A stretch of 64,000 bases of DNA from an uncultured Pelagibacteraceae bacterium (GCA_902518415.1 CABYGA010000003.1:894-64893), one strand, 5' to 3'; positions 1 to 10,626 are shown, counted from the first letter of the stretch. A program made the numbers and translations. The notes: generated by a model from the sequence alone, not told the origin.

Positions 1-968
1 GAATAGCCCTTGCTGCTCAAGCAGGTGCAGTTTTAACTGATATGGAGTTTATTCAATTCCATCCAACAGGACTTGATTTCGGTTTAGACCCCACTCCACT
101 TGCTACTGAAGCCATTAGAGGTGACGGTGCTTATTTAGTAAACCAAAATGAGGAAAGGTTTATGCTCGGGATTCATCCTGAAAATGAGTTAGCACCCAGA
201 GATCTCGTTGCTCAAAATTTATTTAAACAAATTGAGCAAGGAAACTCTGTCTTTCTTGATTGCCGCAAGGTGAGTAATGAATTTGAAACAAAATACCCGC
301 AAGTTGCATCGTACTGTAAAGCAGCAGGCCTTAATCCAAGAAAAGATTTGTTACCAATACTTCCAGTCGCTCATTATCACATTGGAGGAGTTAAAACAGA
401 CTTGGAAGGAAAAACTTCAATAGAAGGACTTTGGTGTTGTGGTGAAGTTGCAGCAACAGGCATACATGGTGCAAATCGTTTAGCATCTAATTCATTACTT
501 GAATCTATGGTATTTGGAAGAATTGTTGCAAAAAATATAAATAGCTTACCAATTAAAAAGGTGAATAAAATTAATCCTGACTTTATAAGAATGCATAAAG
601 AAAAAACTAAAAATAGAATTAGAGCGAAGAAATATATTTGGCAACTTCGTTCTTCTATGATGAGAAATATTGGCATTGTAAGAAACCATAGCTCAATTAT
701 AAGGGGGCTTCATGATATTCTTAAGATTGAACGAGAGTCGAAGGGGCTGTCTGCTAAGCTAAATGATATGATACTAGTAAGTAAATTTATAATTATTGGA
801 GCGTATTTGAGAAAAGAAAGCAGAGGATGCCACTTAAGATCTGACTATAAAAATACAGAAGATAATTTTATTTTGCATTTTGATCTTAAATTCTCAGATT
901 TAGATAGCAAAATCACAGAGATCTTAAATATGGCTGATAACGCAAATCATAAACAAGTTGTTAACTAA
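1..968 (+). CDS. nadB: L-aspartate oxidase, C-terminal part (5' end lies outside the window)
   Basis: Frame 3 is open from the window edge (..IALAAQAGAVLTDMEFIQFHPT..). The HYHIGG, GANRLASNSLLE and ESRGCHLRSDY segments are typical of the L-aspartate oxidase / fumarate reductase flavoprotein family. nadC follows directly. Confidence 0.85.
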   Translation, partial: IALAAQAGAVLTDMEFIQFHPTGLDFGLDPTPLATEAIRGDGAYLVNQNEERFMLGIHPENELAPRDLVAQNLFKQIEQGNSVFLDCRKVSNEFETKYPQVASYCKAAGLNPRKDLLPILPVAHYHIGGVKTDLEGKTSIEGLWCCGEVAATGIHGANRLASNSLLESMVFGRIVAKNINSLPIKKVNKINPDFIRMHKEKTKNRIRAKKYIWQLRSSMMRNIGIVRNHSSIIRGLHDILKIERESKGLSAKLNDMILVSKFIIIGAYLRKESRGCHLRSDYKNTEDNFILHFDLKFSDLDSKITEILNMADNANHKQVVN

Positions 969-1788
969 AAAATATATAAACCAGCTAATACTTACTGCTC
1001 TCTTGGAAGACATGGGAAGAGAGGGCGATATAACATCAAAAGTATTAATTTCTAAATCATCAATTTCAAAGGCAACAATTGTTGTAAAAGAAAGAGCTGT
1101 AATATGTGGTGTTAAATTTGCTGAACAGACCTTTAAAAAATTAGATAAGTCGCTTAAAATTAAAATTCTTAAAAAAGATGGCGAACTTGTAAGTAAGGGA
1201 GAAAAAATAATTACAATTTCAGGAAAAACACAAAATATCTTAACTGCGGAAAGAACTGCGCTAAACTTTTTAGGCTTAATGTCTGGTATTGCTTCTAAAG
1301 CAAAAAAATTTTCAGATATAGCTAATCCGTATGGCACAAAAATCTATTCTACTCGTAAAACTATTGCTGGCATTCGTAAACTTGAAAAATATGCACTAAC
1401 AATTGGAGGGGCTTATATTAATAGAGAAACACTTGATGATTTCTTTTTCATTAAAGATAATCATTTAAAAACAAATTCTGACATAAAAGAATGTATTCAC
1501 AAACTTAAGCGGTTTAATCCAAACAAAAAAATCACAGTTGAAGTAGATAATATAAGTCAGCTTAAAGAAATTATTGATCAAAAAATTGAGGTAGTTTTAT
1601 TAGACAACATGACCCCAGGCCAGGTCAAAAATTGTCTTAAAATTGTAAATGGTAGATTTGAATGTGAAGCATCTGGAAAAATAAATTTAAAAAATCTTTT
1701 GTCTTATGCAAAGACAAAAGTAAACCGCATCTCTATAGGCCAGCTTACTCACAGCATTAATAATGTGGATTTTGGATTAGATATCTGA
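958..1788 (+). CDS. nadC: nicotinate-nucleotide diphosphorylase (quinolinate phosphoribosyltransferase)
   Basis: 276 aa. The N-terminus LLEDMGREGDITS and the segments AERTALNFL and STRKTIAGIRKLEKYA are typical of NadC. TTG start overlaps the nadB end by 11 nt. Confidence 0.85.
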   Translation: MLTKKYINQLILTALLEDMGREGDITSKVLISKSSISKATIVVKERAVICGVKFAEQTFKKLDKSLKIKILKKDGELVSKGEKIITISGKTQNILTAERTALNFLGLMSGIASKAKKFSDIANPYGTKIYSTRKTIAGIRKLEKYALTIGGAYINRETLDDFFFIKDNHLKTNSDIKECIHKLKRFNPNKKITVEVDNISQLKEIIDQKIEVVLLDNMTPGQVKNCLKIVNGRFECEASGKINLKNLLSYAKTKVNRISIGQLTHSINNVDFGLDI

Positions 1789-2247
1789 ATGTACAGCAGA
1801 TCAATCATTCCTGATGAATTTAATGCTCCAACAGAATATATAACCGAAAAATTTGTATTACGTCCACTCACAATTGAGTATGTAAATGAAGACTACGAAG
1901 TTGTAATGAGTAGCGTAGATCATCTTTATAAACTGATGGATAACAGTGAATGGCCTAAAGGTTTATCTTTGAAAGAAAACTTAGTTGATCTCGGTTGGCA
2001 TCAAAGAGAGTTTGCCTTAGGTCATTCTTTCGCATATACCGTTTTATCTCCTGAAAGTGATAAAATTATAGGGTGCTGTTATATTTATCCATCAGCAAAT
2101 ACTCAATATGAAGTTCAAGTATTTTACTGGATCAAAGAAAGTCTTTTGGGAGAAGGTCTTGAGCCTGAACTAGGAGTCGCAATTAAAAATTGGTTAGATG
2201 AATCTTGGCCATTCAAAACATTTAATTTCCCCGGAAGAAATATTTAA
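1789..2247 (+). CDS. hypothetical protein, possibly GNAT-like acetyltransferase fold
   Basis: 152-aa ORF whose ATG directly follows the nadC stop (TGAATG). It has only a weak resemblance to short GNAT-family proteins (FVLRPLT.., IGCCYIYP) and no clear motif. Confidence 0.35.
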   Translation: MYSRSIIPDEFNAPTEYITEKFVLRPLTIEYVNEDYEVVMSSVDHLYKLMDNSEWPKGLSLKENLVDLGWHQREFALGHSFAYTVLSPESDKIIGCCYIYPSANTQYEVQVFYWIKESLLGEGLEPELGVAIKNWLDESWPFKTFNFPGRNI

Positions 2248-3606
2248 TTATTCAAAAATTTTTTGGTACTCAGCTGTAAGTTCTTTTATAAAGACTCTTT
2301 TTTGCTGCATCGTGTCACGGTTTCTTATTGTGACCGTTTGATCTTCTAAGGTTTTGAAATCAACAGTTATACATATAGGTGTGCCAATTTCATCATGCCT
2401 TCTGTAACCTTTGCCAATATTTCCTGAATTTTCTAAAATTACTCTACCCAATCCAAGTGATTGTAGGTCTTTTTTTATGTTCCTCGCTTTATTAACTAGT
2501 TCTTCATTGTTTCTTTTAAGAGGAATAATAGCAGCTTTGACTGGAGATAAATGAGGTTTAAGCGCTAATACAATACGCGTATTATCATTTTCTAGCTTTT
2601 CTTCGCGGTAAGCTTCATTTAAAAGTGCTAAGACTCCCCTATCAACCCCTGCTGATGGCTCAATCACGTAAGGTATAAACCAATCTTTACTCTCAGAATT
2701 TTGAACAGCAAGTTTTGTAGTTGAATCTTTATTTTCCATAACTTCTGCAGAAATTTTAAAGTCACTCTGATTTTTTGTATGTGAACCCAAATCAAAATCT
2801 GTTCTATTAGCTATTCCCTCTAATTCTTCTAAGCCGTGAGGAAATTCATACATCAAATCTACAGTTGCTTTTGAGTAATGAGATAAATCGGTATTTTCCA
2901 CATTTAGTTTTTTTAAATTATTGGGATCAATTCCTTGAAGAATCCACCAATCGTACCTTTGAGCAACCCAGTAGTCATGCCACGCTTCATCTTTTCCAGG
3001 TTCAACAAAAAATTCAAGTTCCATTTGCTCAAACTCTCGAACTCGAAAAATAAATTTTCCAGGGGTCACTTCGTTTCTGAATGCTTTACCTATTTGTGCA
3101 ATACCAAAAGGTACTACTTTATTAGTAGAGTCTAAAATATTTTTGAAATTGGTGAATATTTGTTGTGCAGTTTCAGGTCTTAAGTATGCATAATTACTTC
3201 CATCATCAACTGGTCCAACTGCAGTTTTAAACATTAAATTGAAAGGCCTTGGATCGGTTAAATCTATTGAACCACACTGAGGACATTTATTATCATTATG
3301 CTGGTCAGCTCTAAATCTATGATTACAACTTTTACAATCAACCAGTGGGTCAGAAAATGTGTCTTCGTGTCCTGAGTGTTTAAGAACTTGCTTTCCTGTT
3401 AAGATAGATGCATCCAGGCCCTCGACATCATCCCTTTCATAAATCATAGATTTCCACCAGGACAATTTAAGGTTATTCTTCAATTCGACACCAAGTGGCC
3501 CGTAATCATAAACTCCCTGAAGTCCTCCGTAAATCTCATTAGATTGGAATATAAAGCCCCGTCTTTTACAAAGAGAAACAAGTTCTTCCATATTTTTAGA
3601 GACCAT
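2248..3606 (-). CDS. glyQS: glycine--tRNA ligase, homodimeric (alpha2, GlyQS) type
   Basis: 452 aa. The N-terminus [28 protein letters not shown], the Cys pair CKSC..CPQCGS, and YLRPETAQ and EPSAGVDR are class II GlyRS features. The start could instead be the second Met (3591), which would remove the 11-nt overlap with sppA. Confidence 0.85.
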   Translation of the reverse strand: MVSKNMEELVSLCKRRGFIFQSNEIYGGLQGVYDYGPLGVELKNNLKLSWWKSMIYERDDVEGLDASILTGKQVLKHSGHEDTFSDPLVDCKSCNHRFRADQHNDNKCPQCGSIDLTDPRPFNLMFKTAVGPVDDGSNYAYLRPETAQQIFTNFKNILDSTNKVVPFGIAQIGKAFRNEVTPGKFIFRVREFEQMELEFFVEPGKDEAWHDYWVAQRYDWWILQGIDPNNLKKLNVENTDLSHYSKATVDLMYEFPHGLEELEGIANRTDFDLGSHTKNQSDFKISAEVMENKDSTTKLAVQNSESKDWFIPYVIEPSAGVDRGVLALLNEAYREEKLENDNTRIVLALKPHLSPVKAAIIPLKRNNEELVNKARNIKKDLQSLGLGRVILENSGNIGKGYRRHDEIGTPICITVDFKTLEDQTVTIRNRDTMQQKRVFIKELTAEYQKIFE

Positions 3607-4402
3607 AACGGCTCCAAAAAGAGTTTTCCTTTATTGCCTGAATAAATTGATCAACCAGATCATTAGAGCCGTATCTACTACTGAATAAATTTTTTATAAA
3701 AGATTTTTTTTCTTCAATATGTCTTATCTTTATTTTTTTTCCATAATGTTTTTCTAGATAGGTATTCAAATTTTCATTAGAGTCCACTAATCCAATTTTT
3801 TTTCCTTGTTCTCCTGTCCAGAATTCACCATTGAAAACTTGAGTGGGCTTTATCTTCTTTTTTCTACTCTTTAGGACTAAGTCTTTGAAATTTTCAAAAA
3901 TGCTATCTTGAACCTTTATTAATTTTGATACATCTTTTTTTGATACTTCCTCAAAAGGATCTAAAAATGATTTACGATCTCCTTTAGTAAAAACTCTTCT
4001 TTTAATACCAACTTTATCAATAAGTTTTTTAAATCCAAAAGACGCACTAATAACTCCTATTGACCCAACGATAGAACTTTTATTTGCCAAGAGAATATCA
4101 CCTGCGCACATAAGCATATATCCTCCTGAGGCGGCGACATCTTCAGCAATGGTAATCACTTTTACTTTATTTTTGTTTGAAAGAGTTTTAATTCGATCAT
4201 AAATCAACTCTGATTGAACTGGAGACCCGCCAGGAGAATTAATTTTGATAACAACAACGTTTGGTTTTTTGTATGTAAAAGTTTTATCAAGTATGTTTGA
4301 ACAATTTTCAAGGGTTAGTCCTTTTTGAAACCTACCAAGGTCACCAATTACTCCTCTTAAGCCAACAATATTAATGCGAGTTTTAGTTGAAAAGATGCTC
4401 AT
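3596..4402 (-). CDS. sppA: signal peptide peptidase SppA, 36K type (S49 family)
   Basis: 268 aa with [12 protein letters not shown] and [13 protein letters not shown] segments typical of S49 peptidases. Confidence 0.75.
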   Translation of the reverse strand: MSIFSTKTRINIVGLRGVIGDLGRFQKGLTLENCSNILDKTFTYKKPNVVVIKINSPGGSPVQSELIYDRIKTLSNKNKVKVITIAEDVAASGGYMLMCAGDILLANKSSIVGSIGVISASFGFKKLIDKVGIKRRVFTKGDRKSFLDPFEEVSKKDVSKLIKVQDSIFENFKDLVLKSRKKKIKPTQVFNGEFWTGEQGKKIGLVDSNENLNTYLEKHYGKKIKIRHIEEKKSFIKNLFSSRYGSNDLVDQFIQAIKENSFWSRYGL

Positions 4403-4497
4403 ATTTGAAATTATTTACCAGAAATCTATAACTTTTAATTATACGAGACTATATTATAACTACAGCAAAATATAAAACAAAAACATTAGTTTATTAA

Positions 4498-5478
4498 ATG
4501 AGTCATCTTATTCATGCCCTTTCAAAAACCTTAAGGCCCTCTCTAAAAAGAGTTAATAAAGAAATCAAAGACAATATAATGGATGAGGAAAAACTCATAA
4601 CTGCAACGGCTGGTCACTTGCTAAATTCGGATGGAAAGAAAATTCGACCACTCCTAACACTTATTATTTCCAGAATGCTAAAATATAGAGGTAGTGCCGA
4701 TGTGACGCTGGCAGTTTGCATTGAATTTATACATAACGCAACTTTATTGCACGATGACGTTATAGATACTGGGAAAGTACGCAGAGGCAAAAAAAGTGCA
4801 AATGAAATTTGGGGCAATAAGGTTAGTGTCCTTGTTGGAGACTATCTATTAAGCAAGGCATTTAAACTCATGGTCAAAAATAAGTCACTTAAGCTTTTAG
4901 AAATTTTATCACAAACGTCGCTCGTGCTAGCGAGAGGTCAAATACAAGATGTTGGCAATGCCCAAAACATAAAATTGAGTGAAAAACAATACCTATCAAT
5001 TATTAATGCTAAAACAGCAGAGCTGTTTAGAGTGTCATGTTTTCTTCCAACCATAATTACACAACAAAATAAAAAAATTCAAAAAATATTTAATGACTTT
5101 GGATATTATTTTGGCATGTCGTTTCAGTTGTCAGATGATATTTTAGATTATTTCGGACATTCAAATAAAATGGGTAAATCAATTGGGAAGGATTTTTATG
5201 AAGGAAAAGTTACTTATCCTGTGATCCGATGCTTTAAAGACTCTGATCAGAAATCAAAAGTAATGATCGCAAAACTATTTCTTAAGAAAAAAAGAAATAA
5301 GAAAGATCTTGCCGTTATACTAAAATTAATGGAAAAAACTGACTCTTATCGAAAGTCGATTGATTTTCTACTCAAATATAATGAAAAAGCAAAGTCGAGT
5401 ATTAATAAATTTGAAGATAATAGATATAAGGTGTATCTTACAAATTTAGTAGATAATTTGGCGATAAGAGAAAAGTAA
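4498..5478 (+). CDS. ispB: long-chain polyprenyl diphosphate synthase (IspB type)
   Basis: 326 aa. First and second Asp-rich motifs are LLHDDVIDTGKVRRG and QLSDDILDY. The length and N-terminus fit octaprenyl/solanesyl-type synthases. Confidence 0.8.
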   Translation: MSHLIHALSKTLRPSLKRVNKEIKDNIMDEEKLITATAGHLLNSDGKKIRPLLTLIISRMLKYRGSADVTLAVCIEFIHNATLLHDDVIDTGKVRRGKKSANEIWGNKVSVLVGDYLLSKAFKLMVKNKSLKLLEILSQTSLVLARGQIQDVGNAQNIKLSEKQYLSIINAKTAELFRVSCFLPTIITQQNKKIQKIFNDFGYYFGMSFQLSDDILDYFGHSNKMGKSIGKDFYEGKVTYPVIRCFKDSDQKSKVMIAKLFLKKKRNKKDLAVILKLMEKTDSYRKSIDFLLKYNEKAKSSINKFEDNRYKVYLTNLVDNLAIREK

Positions 5479-5481
5479 ACC

Positions 5482-6564
5482 ATGTCATATAATACATTTG
5501 GAAAATTATTTCGTTTTACCACTTGGGGAGAGTCCCACGGTGAAGCTATAGGCTGTGTAATTGATGGATGCCCTCCAATGATTCCGCTTAATAAGAAAGA
5601 TATTCAAAAATATTTAGATATGAGAAAGCCTGGAACTTCTCGTTTTGTAACTCAGAGAAAAGAAGATGATAAGGTTTCTATTCTCTCCGGGGTTTTTGAC
5701 GGCAAAACAACTGGTACACCTATTTTGCTCTTAATCTGGAATAAGGATCAAAAATCGAAAGATTATACTGAAATAAGGAATAAATTTAGACCTGGCCATG
5801 CAGACATTACTTACTTTCTTAAATATGGGATTAGAGACTACCGCGGAGGTGGTCGCTCATCAGCTCGAGAAACAGCTAGTCGTGTTGCTGCAGGAGCGGT
5901 AGCCAGAAAAGTTATTGCTCATATTTCAAAGAAAAAGATATTGATACAGGGGGCAGTAACACAAATTGGGAAGATGAGCATAAATCCTAAGCATTTTAAT
6001 TGGAATGAAGTTCGTAAAAATAGTTTCTTTTGTCCTGACAATAAGATCATATCGACATGGGAAGAGTATTTAGATGTTACACGTAAAAATGGAACTTCTT
6101 TAGGTGCAAGAATACTCGTAAATGCAAAGAATGTTCCTTCAGGGCTTGGTGAGCCTATTTACGGTAAATTAGATGCTGACTTAGCATCCGCAATGATGAG
6201 CATCAACGCGATTAAAGGAGTTGAGATTGGCTTAGGAAATGAGTCTGTTGAAATCACTGGTGATGAAAATTCAGATGAAATACGAGCTAACGGTAAGAAA
6301 ATTTCCTTTTCATCGAATAATTCTGGTGGCATTTTAGGAGGTATTTCAAACGGTCAAGATATCAATATAAGTATTGCGGTGAAACCAACATCTTCAATCT
6401 TAAAAACAAAAAAGACGATTAATAATAAATTAAAGAATACAACCATATCCACAAAAGGAAGGCACGATCCATGCGTGGGATTAAGAGCAGTTCCTATTGC
6501 CGAAGCAATGACAGCATGTGTTTTAGCTGACCATATCATGCGCAACAAAGCTCAGTGTGGCTAA
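5482..6564 (+). CDS. aroC: chorismate synthase
   Basis: 360 aa. The segments [28 protein letters not shown] and GRHDPCVG are canonical AroC signatures. Confidence 0.9.
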   Translation: MSYNTFGKLFRFTTWGESHGEAIGCVIDGCPPMIPLNKKDIQKYLDMRKPGTSRFVTQRKEDDKVSILSGVFDGKTTGTPILLLIWNKDQKSKDYTEIRNKFRPGHADITYFLKYGIRDYRGGGRSSARETASRVAAGAVARKVIAHISKKKILIQGAVTQIGKMSINPKHFNWNEVRKNSFFCPDNKIISTWEEYLDVTRKNGTSLGARILVNAKNVPSGLGEPIYGKLDADLASAMMSINAIKGVEIGLGNESVEITGDENSDEIRANGKKISFSSNNSGGILGGISNGQDINISIAVKPTSSILKTKKTINNKLKNTTISTKGRHDPCVGLRAVPIAEAMTACVLADHIMRNKAQCG

Positions 6565-7379
6565 ACTTTAAGGTCTAATAAAAATTCAATAAGTAAATAA
6601 GTTTTCTTATTTTTAAGATTTATTTTTTTGAAAATTGAAAAAATTTTTTGAGAAAGTTTTAATTTGTAGTTCTCAAGAAGATCTTTATTTTTTGCTGACA
6701 TACGTGGAAAGTCTTCAAAATCATCATTTATTTGAAAAATTTCACCAATATACATTCCTATATCAGCAAGAGATTTTTCAATTTTTTTACTTTTTCCAGC
6801 ACATATTGCTACTGCCTGACAACAAAATGACATTAACATTCCTGTTTTAAGTTGATTTAGTTCAATCCTTTCTTCTAATTTTGTATTTGAAGAGCTTAAA
6901 TCAATATATTGTCCTAATAACAAACCTTTTTCCCCTGAAAATTCACTCAATAGCTGTATCAATTTTATTTTTTTACCTTCACTTAAATTAAATTTCTTAC
7001 TCGCTATAGTTAAATAAGATTTTGTCAGAAGCCCACAACCAGCAAGAACAGCTGTAAATTCATTATACTTGTAATGAGTTGTTTTCTTCCCCCTCCTATA
7101 TTTATCATTGTCCATAGATGGTAAATCATCATGCACTAATGAATAGTTATGCAGCATTTCAATAGCAGAACCCAAATTAAAAATTATATTTTTTGACAAT
7201 TGAAATTCTTTGCCAAATACATAAACCAAATATGGTCTAAATCTTTTACCACCAGAATTTATCGAATATTTTATTGATTGGTTTAAGGTATTATTATCTA
7301 GAATAAATTTTTTTTTTAGAAATGGATTAAATTCTTTACTAAAACTTCTCAAATCTTTTTTAATGGTCTGATGCCTCAT
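6561..7379 (-). CDS. ispA: short-chain (E)-prenyl diphosphate synthase (farnesyl/geranylgeranyl diphosphate synthase)
   Basis: 272 aa. Motifs are [18 protein letters not shown] and QINDDFEDF. It sits downstream of xseB, as in many proteobacteria. Confidence 0.8.
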   Translation of the reverse strand: MRHQTIKKDLRSFSKEFNPFLKKKFILDNNTLNQSIKYSINSGGKRFRPYLVYVFGKEFQLSKNIIFNLGSAIEMLHNYSLVHDDLPSMDNDKYRRGKKTTHYKYNEFTAVLAGCGLLTKSYLTIASKKFNLSEGKKIKLIQLLSEFSGEKGLLLGQYIDLSSSNTKLEERIELNQLKTGMLMSFCCQAVAICAGKSKKIEKSLADIGMYIGEIFQINDDFEDFPRMSAKNKDLLENYKLKLSQKIFSIFKKINLKNKKTYLLIEFLLDLKV

Positions 7380-7613
7380 TCACTTTTTTTTTGAGATTTT
7401 TCCATCAGACAATACTTTAATTTCGTCGAGCTTGAGGACCGCCTCATCTAATTTCCTCTGACAATGAGATCTAAGATGCGACCCTCTAGTATAATACTCA
7501 ATAGACTTTTCTAAATCTATATTCCCATTTTCAAGATTCTCTACAATTTCAGATAGTTCTTCCATTGCTTTTTCAAAAGATAGTTTATTTATTTCCTCAG
7601 GATTTTTACTCAT
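7380..7613 (-). CDS. xseB: exodeoxyribonuclease VII small subunit
   Basis: 77 aa. FEKAMEELSEIVENLENGNIDLEKSIEYYTRG matches the XseB helical hairpin family. The gene sits in xseB-ispA synteny. Confidence 0.8.
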   Translation of the reverse strand: MSKNPEEINKLSFEKAMEELSEIVENLENGNIDLEKSIEYYTRGSHLRSHCQRKLDEAVLKLDEIKVLSDGKISKKK

Positions 7614-8539
7614 TTTTGGAGCTCACTTAGATGCGTAATCATTGAATTTTCTAGTGCTTTTATATCATAACCACCTTCAAGCATCGATATTATTTTTCCT
7701 CCACAATATTTATTTGCAATTTCTCTTAACTTGCTTGTAATTAGCCTAAAATCATTTTCTACAAGATCCAGCGAGGCGAGAGGATCTTTTGTATGCGCGT
7801 CAAACCCAGCAGAAATTAGAAGGAAATCTGGTCTTTGCTCTTCTAATTTTTTTACAATTCTTTCATCAAATATCTGCTGATATTTATCTGAATTTGTTCC
7901 TGATGTGAGTGGAACATTAACAATATTACCTACTCCTATTTCATTTACATCACCTGTACCAGGATATAGGGGATACTGGTGCGTTGAGTAATAGGTAACT
8001 TTTGAATTATTATAGAATATATCTTGAGTACCATTTCCATGATGAACATCAAAATCAATAATGGCTATATTTTTAAACTTATACTTGTTAATTAAATAAT
8101 GTGCGGCAATTGCAACATTGTTAAAAACACAAAAACCCATTGATCGATCATAACATGCATGGTGACCAGGTGGCCTGACAATACAAAAGGCATTATGAAT
8201 GTTATTGCTCATTATAGCATCTACCGCGTCAATTCCCGCTCCGGCAGCTCTTAAAGTTGCATCCAGAGAACCTTTTGAAACTGGAGTTTCTTGATCTAAG
8301 AAAACTATTTGATCATCAGATGGAAATCTTGCAAGAGTTTCCCTAACAAAATTCTCTTCATGGGCAGCAGAAATAAGTGATTGCTCTATTTTATTAGGTT
8401 GTTTAATTATTATATTTTTAAACTCTTCTTTATTTATTAGTTCAATGATATTTTGGACACGATCGGAACACTCTGGATAATCTAAGGATTGCACGTGACC
8501 TTTAAAACAGTCGTCAAAATATACAAAAGTTTGTGTCAT
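7610..8539 (-). CDS. histone deacetylase-family (HDAC/AcuC-like) amidohydrolase
   Basis: Motifs VRPPGHHA, DFDVHHGNGTQ, SAGFDAH and EGGY are present. I prefer the ATG at 8539; the ORF-track start at 8551 is a TTG. The gene overlaps the xseB start by 4 nt. Confidence 0.8.
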   Translation of the reverse strand: MTQTFVYFDDCFKGHVQSLDYPECSDRVQNIIELINKEEFKNIIIKQPNKIEQSLISAAHEENFVRETLARFPSDDQIVFLDQETPVSKGSLDATLRAAGAGIDAVDAIMSNNIHNAFCIVRPPGHHACYDRSMGFCVFNNVAIAAHYLINKYKFKNIAIIDFDVHHGNGTQDIFYNNSKVTYYSTHQYPLYPGTGDVNEIGVGNIVNVPLTSGTNSDKYQQIFDERIVKKLEEQRPDFLLISAGFDAHTKDPLASLDLVENDFRLITSKLREIANKYCGGKIISMLEGGYDIKALENSMITHLSELQK

Positions 8540-8541
8540 AG

Positions 8542-9180
8542 ATGAATTCAAAAAAAGTAATTAAAGCCAATATAAACTCTATTAAATTAGCTGCTAGAAG
8601 TCTACTGAATGGTAAAACAATAATTATACCAACAGATACTGTTTATGGTATTGCAGCAGATGCAACTAACGAGAAAGGGGTTGAAAATATTTTTAAAATA
8701 AAGAAAAGACCAAGAACCTATCCACTTATTTTATTTGTAAAGTCCATAAAAGAAGCAAAAAAATATGCATATTTTAATGATATTGAGGAGTTCTTAGCAA
8801 CACATTACTGGCCTGGACCCCTAACGCTTATACTTAGAAAAAAAAATAGAAATATCTATAACGGTGATAAAAGACTTTCAAAAATAGGAATTCGCATTCC
8901 AAAAAATAAAGATGTTATGAACTTACTTAAGGTCGTTAATAAGCCACTCGCAACTACCAGTGCAAATATTCATCAAGAAAAAAATAGTAATAATATCAAT
9001 CATCTTAGCCTACTTCATAATGATGATGTTACGCACGCGATAAGTAGTGACTACAGAATGAGCTTTGCAGAGTCAACTTTAGTTGAAGTGAATAAAAACA
9101 AAATAAACCTCTTAAGAAAAGGTTCTATTTCAAAAAAATCAATTGAAAGTAATTTAAAAAAAAATTTTTTGCTTGATTAA
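8542..9180 (+). CDS. tsaC: L-threonylcarbamoyladenylate synthase (YrdC/TsaC type, no Sua5 domain)
   Basis: 212 aa. The PTDTVYGIAADA, HYWPGPLTLIL and ATTSAN segments are typical of the YrdC/Sua5 family. Confidence 0.8.
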   Translation: MNSKKVIKANINSIKLAARSLLNGKTIIIPTDTVYGIAADATNEKGVENIFKIKKRPRTYPLILFVKSIKEAKKYAYFNDIEEFLATHYWPGPLTLILRKKNRNIYNGDKRLSKIGIRIPKNKDVMNLLKVVNKPLATTSANIHQEKNSNNINHLSLLHNDDVTHAISSDYRMSFAESTLVEVNKNKINLLRKGSISKKSIESNLKKNFLLD

Positions 9181-9183
9181 AAA

Positions 9184-9783
9184 TTATGCATCAACAAATG
9201 CATTAAAGGAAAAGCACCTTCTTTCTCCATCCCCTCTAAAAGGGTGAACATCATGCATTAGAAATGATGGAAATATGTATAAATCTCCTACTCTGGGCTT
9301 AAAAGTCTCTCTATGTTTCACAAGCGGTGGGCTATTTCTTGGAAGAGACACCCGACCATCAAAGAAAGATATTAATCCTGCTAAATCTTTTTCTTTATTA
9401 CGCTTAATTGAACTCGGTATCTTTAAATAACCTACTCCACTAATATTACCTCTATGTAAATGCGGTGGATTAAAATCTCCAGCAAATTGGCTGACGATCC
9501 AAGCTTTTTCTATTCTTATTTTTTTAACTTTAATATTAAGTGTTTTGTCATAATAGTCTTTTACAGACTTAATAATCTGTTTTTCAATTCCAATTTTTAA
9601 GATTTTTGAGGGTATCCTAAACTGCTGTTTCATGCTTCCCACTAATCTGTGATCATAGTCATATCTTTTCAAAAGCCTTTTATTATTAGACACTTGTTCA
9701 GAAAATTTGTTTAAACGAGCGACCGCACTTAGTGTCAGTTTTGTTTTTCCGATTGTTGGTCCAAATGGTTTGTATATCTTCAT
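9184..9783 (-). CDS. putative 2OG-Fe(II) oxygenase superfamily protein (TIGR02466-like)
   Basis: 199 aa. It has NPPHLHRGNISGVGYLKIP (HxH/metal region) and GDLYIFPSFLMHDVHPF...RCFSFN. From memory this pattern matches the TIGR02466 family, which is common in marine bacteria and phages. Confidence 0.6.
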   Translation of the reverse strand: MKIYKPFGPTIGKTKLTLSAVARLNKFSEQVSNNKRLLKRYDYDHRLVGSMKQQFRIPSKILKIGIEKQIIKSVKDYYDKTLNIKVKKIRIEKAWIVSQFAGDFNPPHLHRGNISGVGYLKIPSSIKRNKEKDLAGLISFFDGRVSLPRNSPPLVKHRETFKPRVGDLYIFPSFLMHDVHPFRGDGERRCFSFNAFVDA

Positions 9784-9791
9784 ATTTTTCT

Positions 9792-9868
9792 TGGTGCGCC
9801 CAGAAGGATTCGAACCCTCAACCCTCAGATCCGAAGTCTGATGCTCTATCCAGTTGAGCTATGGACGC
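9792..9868 (-). tRNA. tRNA-Arg (anticodon UCG), CCA encoded
   Basis: The reverse complement folds as a cloverleaf: GCGTCCA TA GCTC AACTGGATA GAGC A TCAGA CTTCGGA TCTGA GGGTT GAGGG TTCGAAT CCTTC TGGGCGC A CCA. The 7-nt anticodon loop CT-TCG-GA gives anticodon TCG. Confidence 0.85.
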
Positions 9869-9892
9869 ATCTATATTATTATTTCAAGTAAC

Positions 9893-10315
9893 ATGCTTTT
9901 ACTTAAGATACTAGAAAAATTAGGCAGGAAAAAAGTTGTTATGGATAGAGGCCCATCACATCCTGAATATTGCTTAGCAAAGCCTTGGACAGCAAGATAT
10001 TATCTTTTGTTCAAAAAAAGACCCCGCTGGTTTCCATTTAATATATTAATACATCATATTTTAGATGATGATCATGGTGTGGGCCTTCATAATCATCCTT
10101 TTCCATATATTACAATTATAATCAGTGGAGGATACTGGGAGACAGATAAAAATAAAAATAAAATCTGGAGAGACAGATTCTATGTTGGCTTTAGAAGTGC
10201 TGACAACTTGCACAGAGTTGACTTAGAGCCTGGTATCAAGCCAGTCACTATCTATATCGCTGGTCCGTACGGACTAAGAAAGAAAGGCCGAAGTAATTAT
10301 GGTATTTCAAATTAA
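9893..10315 (+). CDS. hypothetical protein with LHNHPFP motif (possible small cupin-like fold)
   Basis: The ORF-track start at 9854 overlaps the tRNA, so the next ATG (9893) is used. The GLHNHPFPYITIIISGGYWE segment recalls a widespread uncharacterised HxHPW-type family. The function is unknown. Confidence 0.4.
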   Translation: MLLLKILEKLGRKKVVMDRGPSHPEYCLAKPWTARYYLLFKKRPRWFPFNILIHHILDDDHGVGLHNHPFPYITIIISGGYWETDKNKNKIWRDRFYVGFRSADNLHRVDLEPGIKPVTIYIAGPYGLRKKGRSNYGISN

Positions 10316-10585
10316 TTTATTTCTTAGCTGAGATCTTAATTGCCTATCTTTTTTTAAAAATATTTCTCTTCTCATTGCTTCTGACTTAGAGGATAATTCC
10401 TCTTGATATAATAATTTCCATTTAGATCCTCTTGTAAACTTTGCTCCTTTAGACTCATTATGTGCTTTAAGTCTTTTTTTAACATCATTACTCCAACCTA
10501 CATATGTTCGCACTTTCGGGTGTTTTGTTCCAATAATATAAACAAAGAATCTCATATTTTTTGATATATTAATTGTATTTGGCAT
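10307..10585 (-). CDS. GIY-YIG nuclease-family protein (stand-alone URI domain, UPF0213-like)
   Basis: 92 aa. FFVYIIG..TYVGWSNDVKKRLKAHN..GAKFTRG..WKLLY.E...SKSEAMRRE..LK is the GIY-YIG core pattern. Confidence 0.75.
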   Translation of the reverse strand: MPNTINISKNMRFFVYIIGTKHPKVRTYVGWSNDVKKRLKAHNESKGAKFTRGSKWKLLYQEELSSKSEAMRREIFLKKDRQLRSQLRNKLI

Positions 10586-10626
10586 TGAAATAAATATAGT
10601 ATCAATAAATCAAAAGGAGAATAAGC

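Noticed and set aside
924-1337. 137-aa minus-strand ORF
   Set aside because: It is antisense to nadC. The same reasoning applies to the other listed antisense ORFs inside glyQS, ispB, aroC, ispA, AACS, ALDH, proX, EamA, betA, purA, glmM, folP, ftsH, cpoB, tolB, tolR, tolQ, the 39728 gene, ymdB, tkt, pgk, suhB, qor, purK, DUF1329, the AlkA-like gene and DUF1013/purE.
9854-9892. ORF-track start of the 153-aa ORF
   Set aside because: It overlaps the 5' end of tRNA-Arg on the opposite strand (9854-9868), so the downstream ATG at 9893 is used instead.
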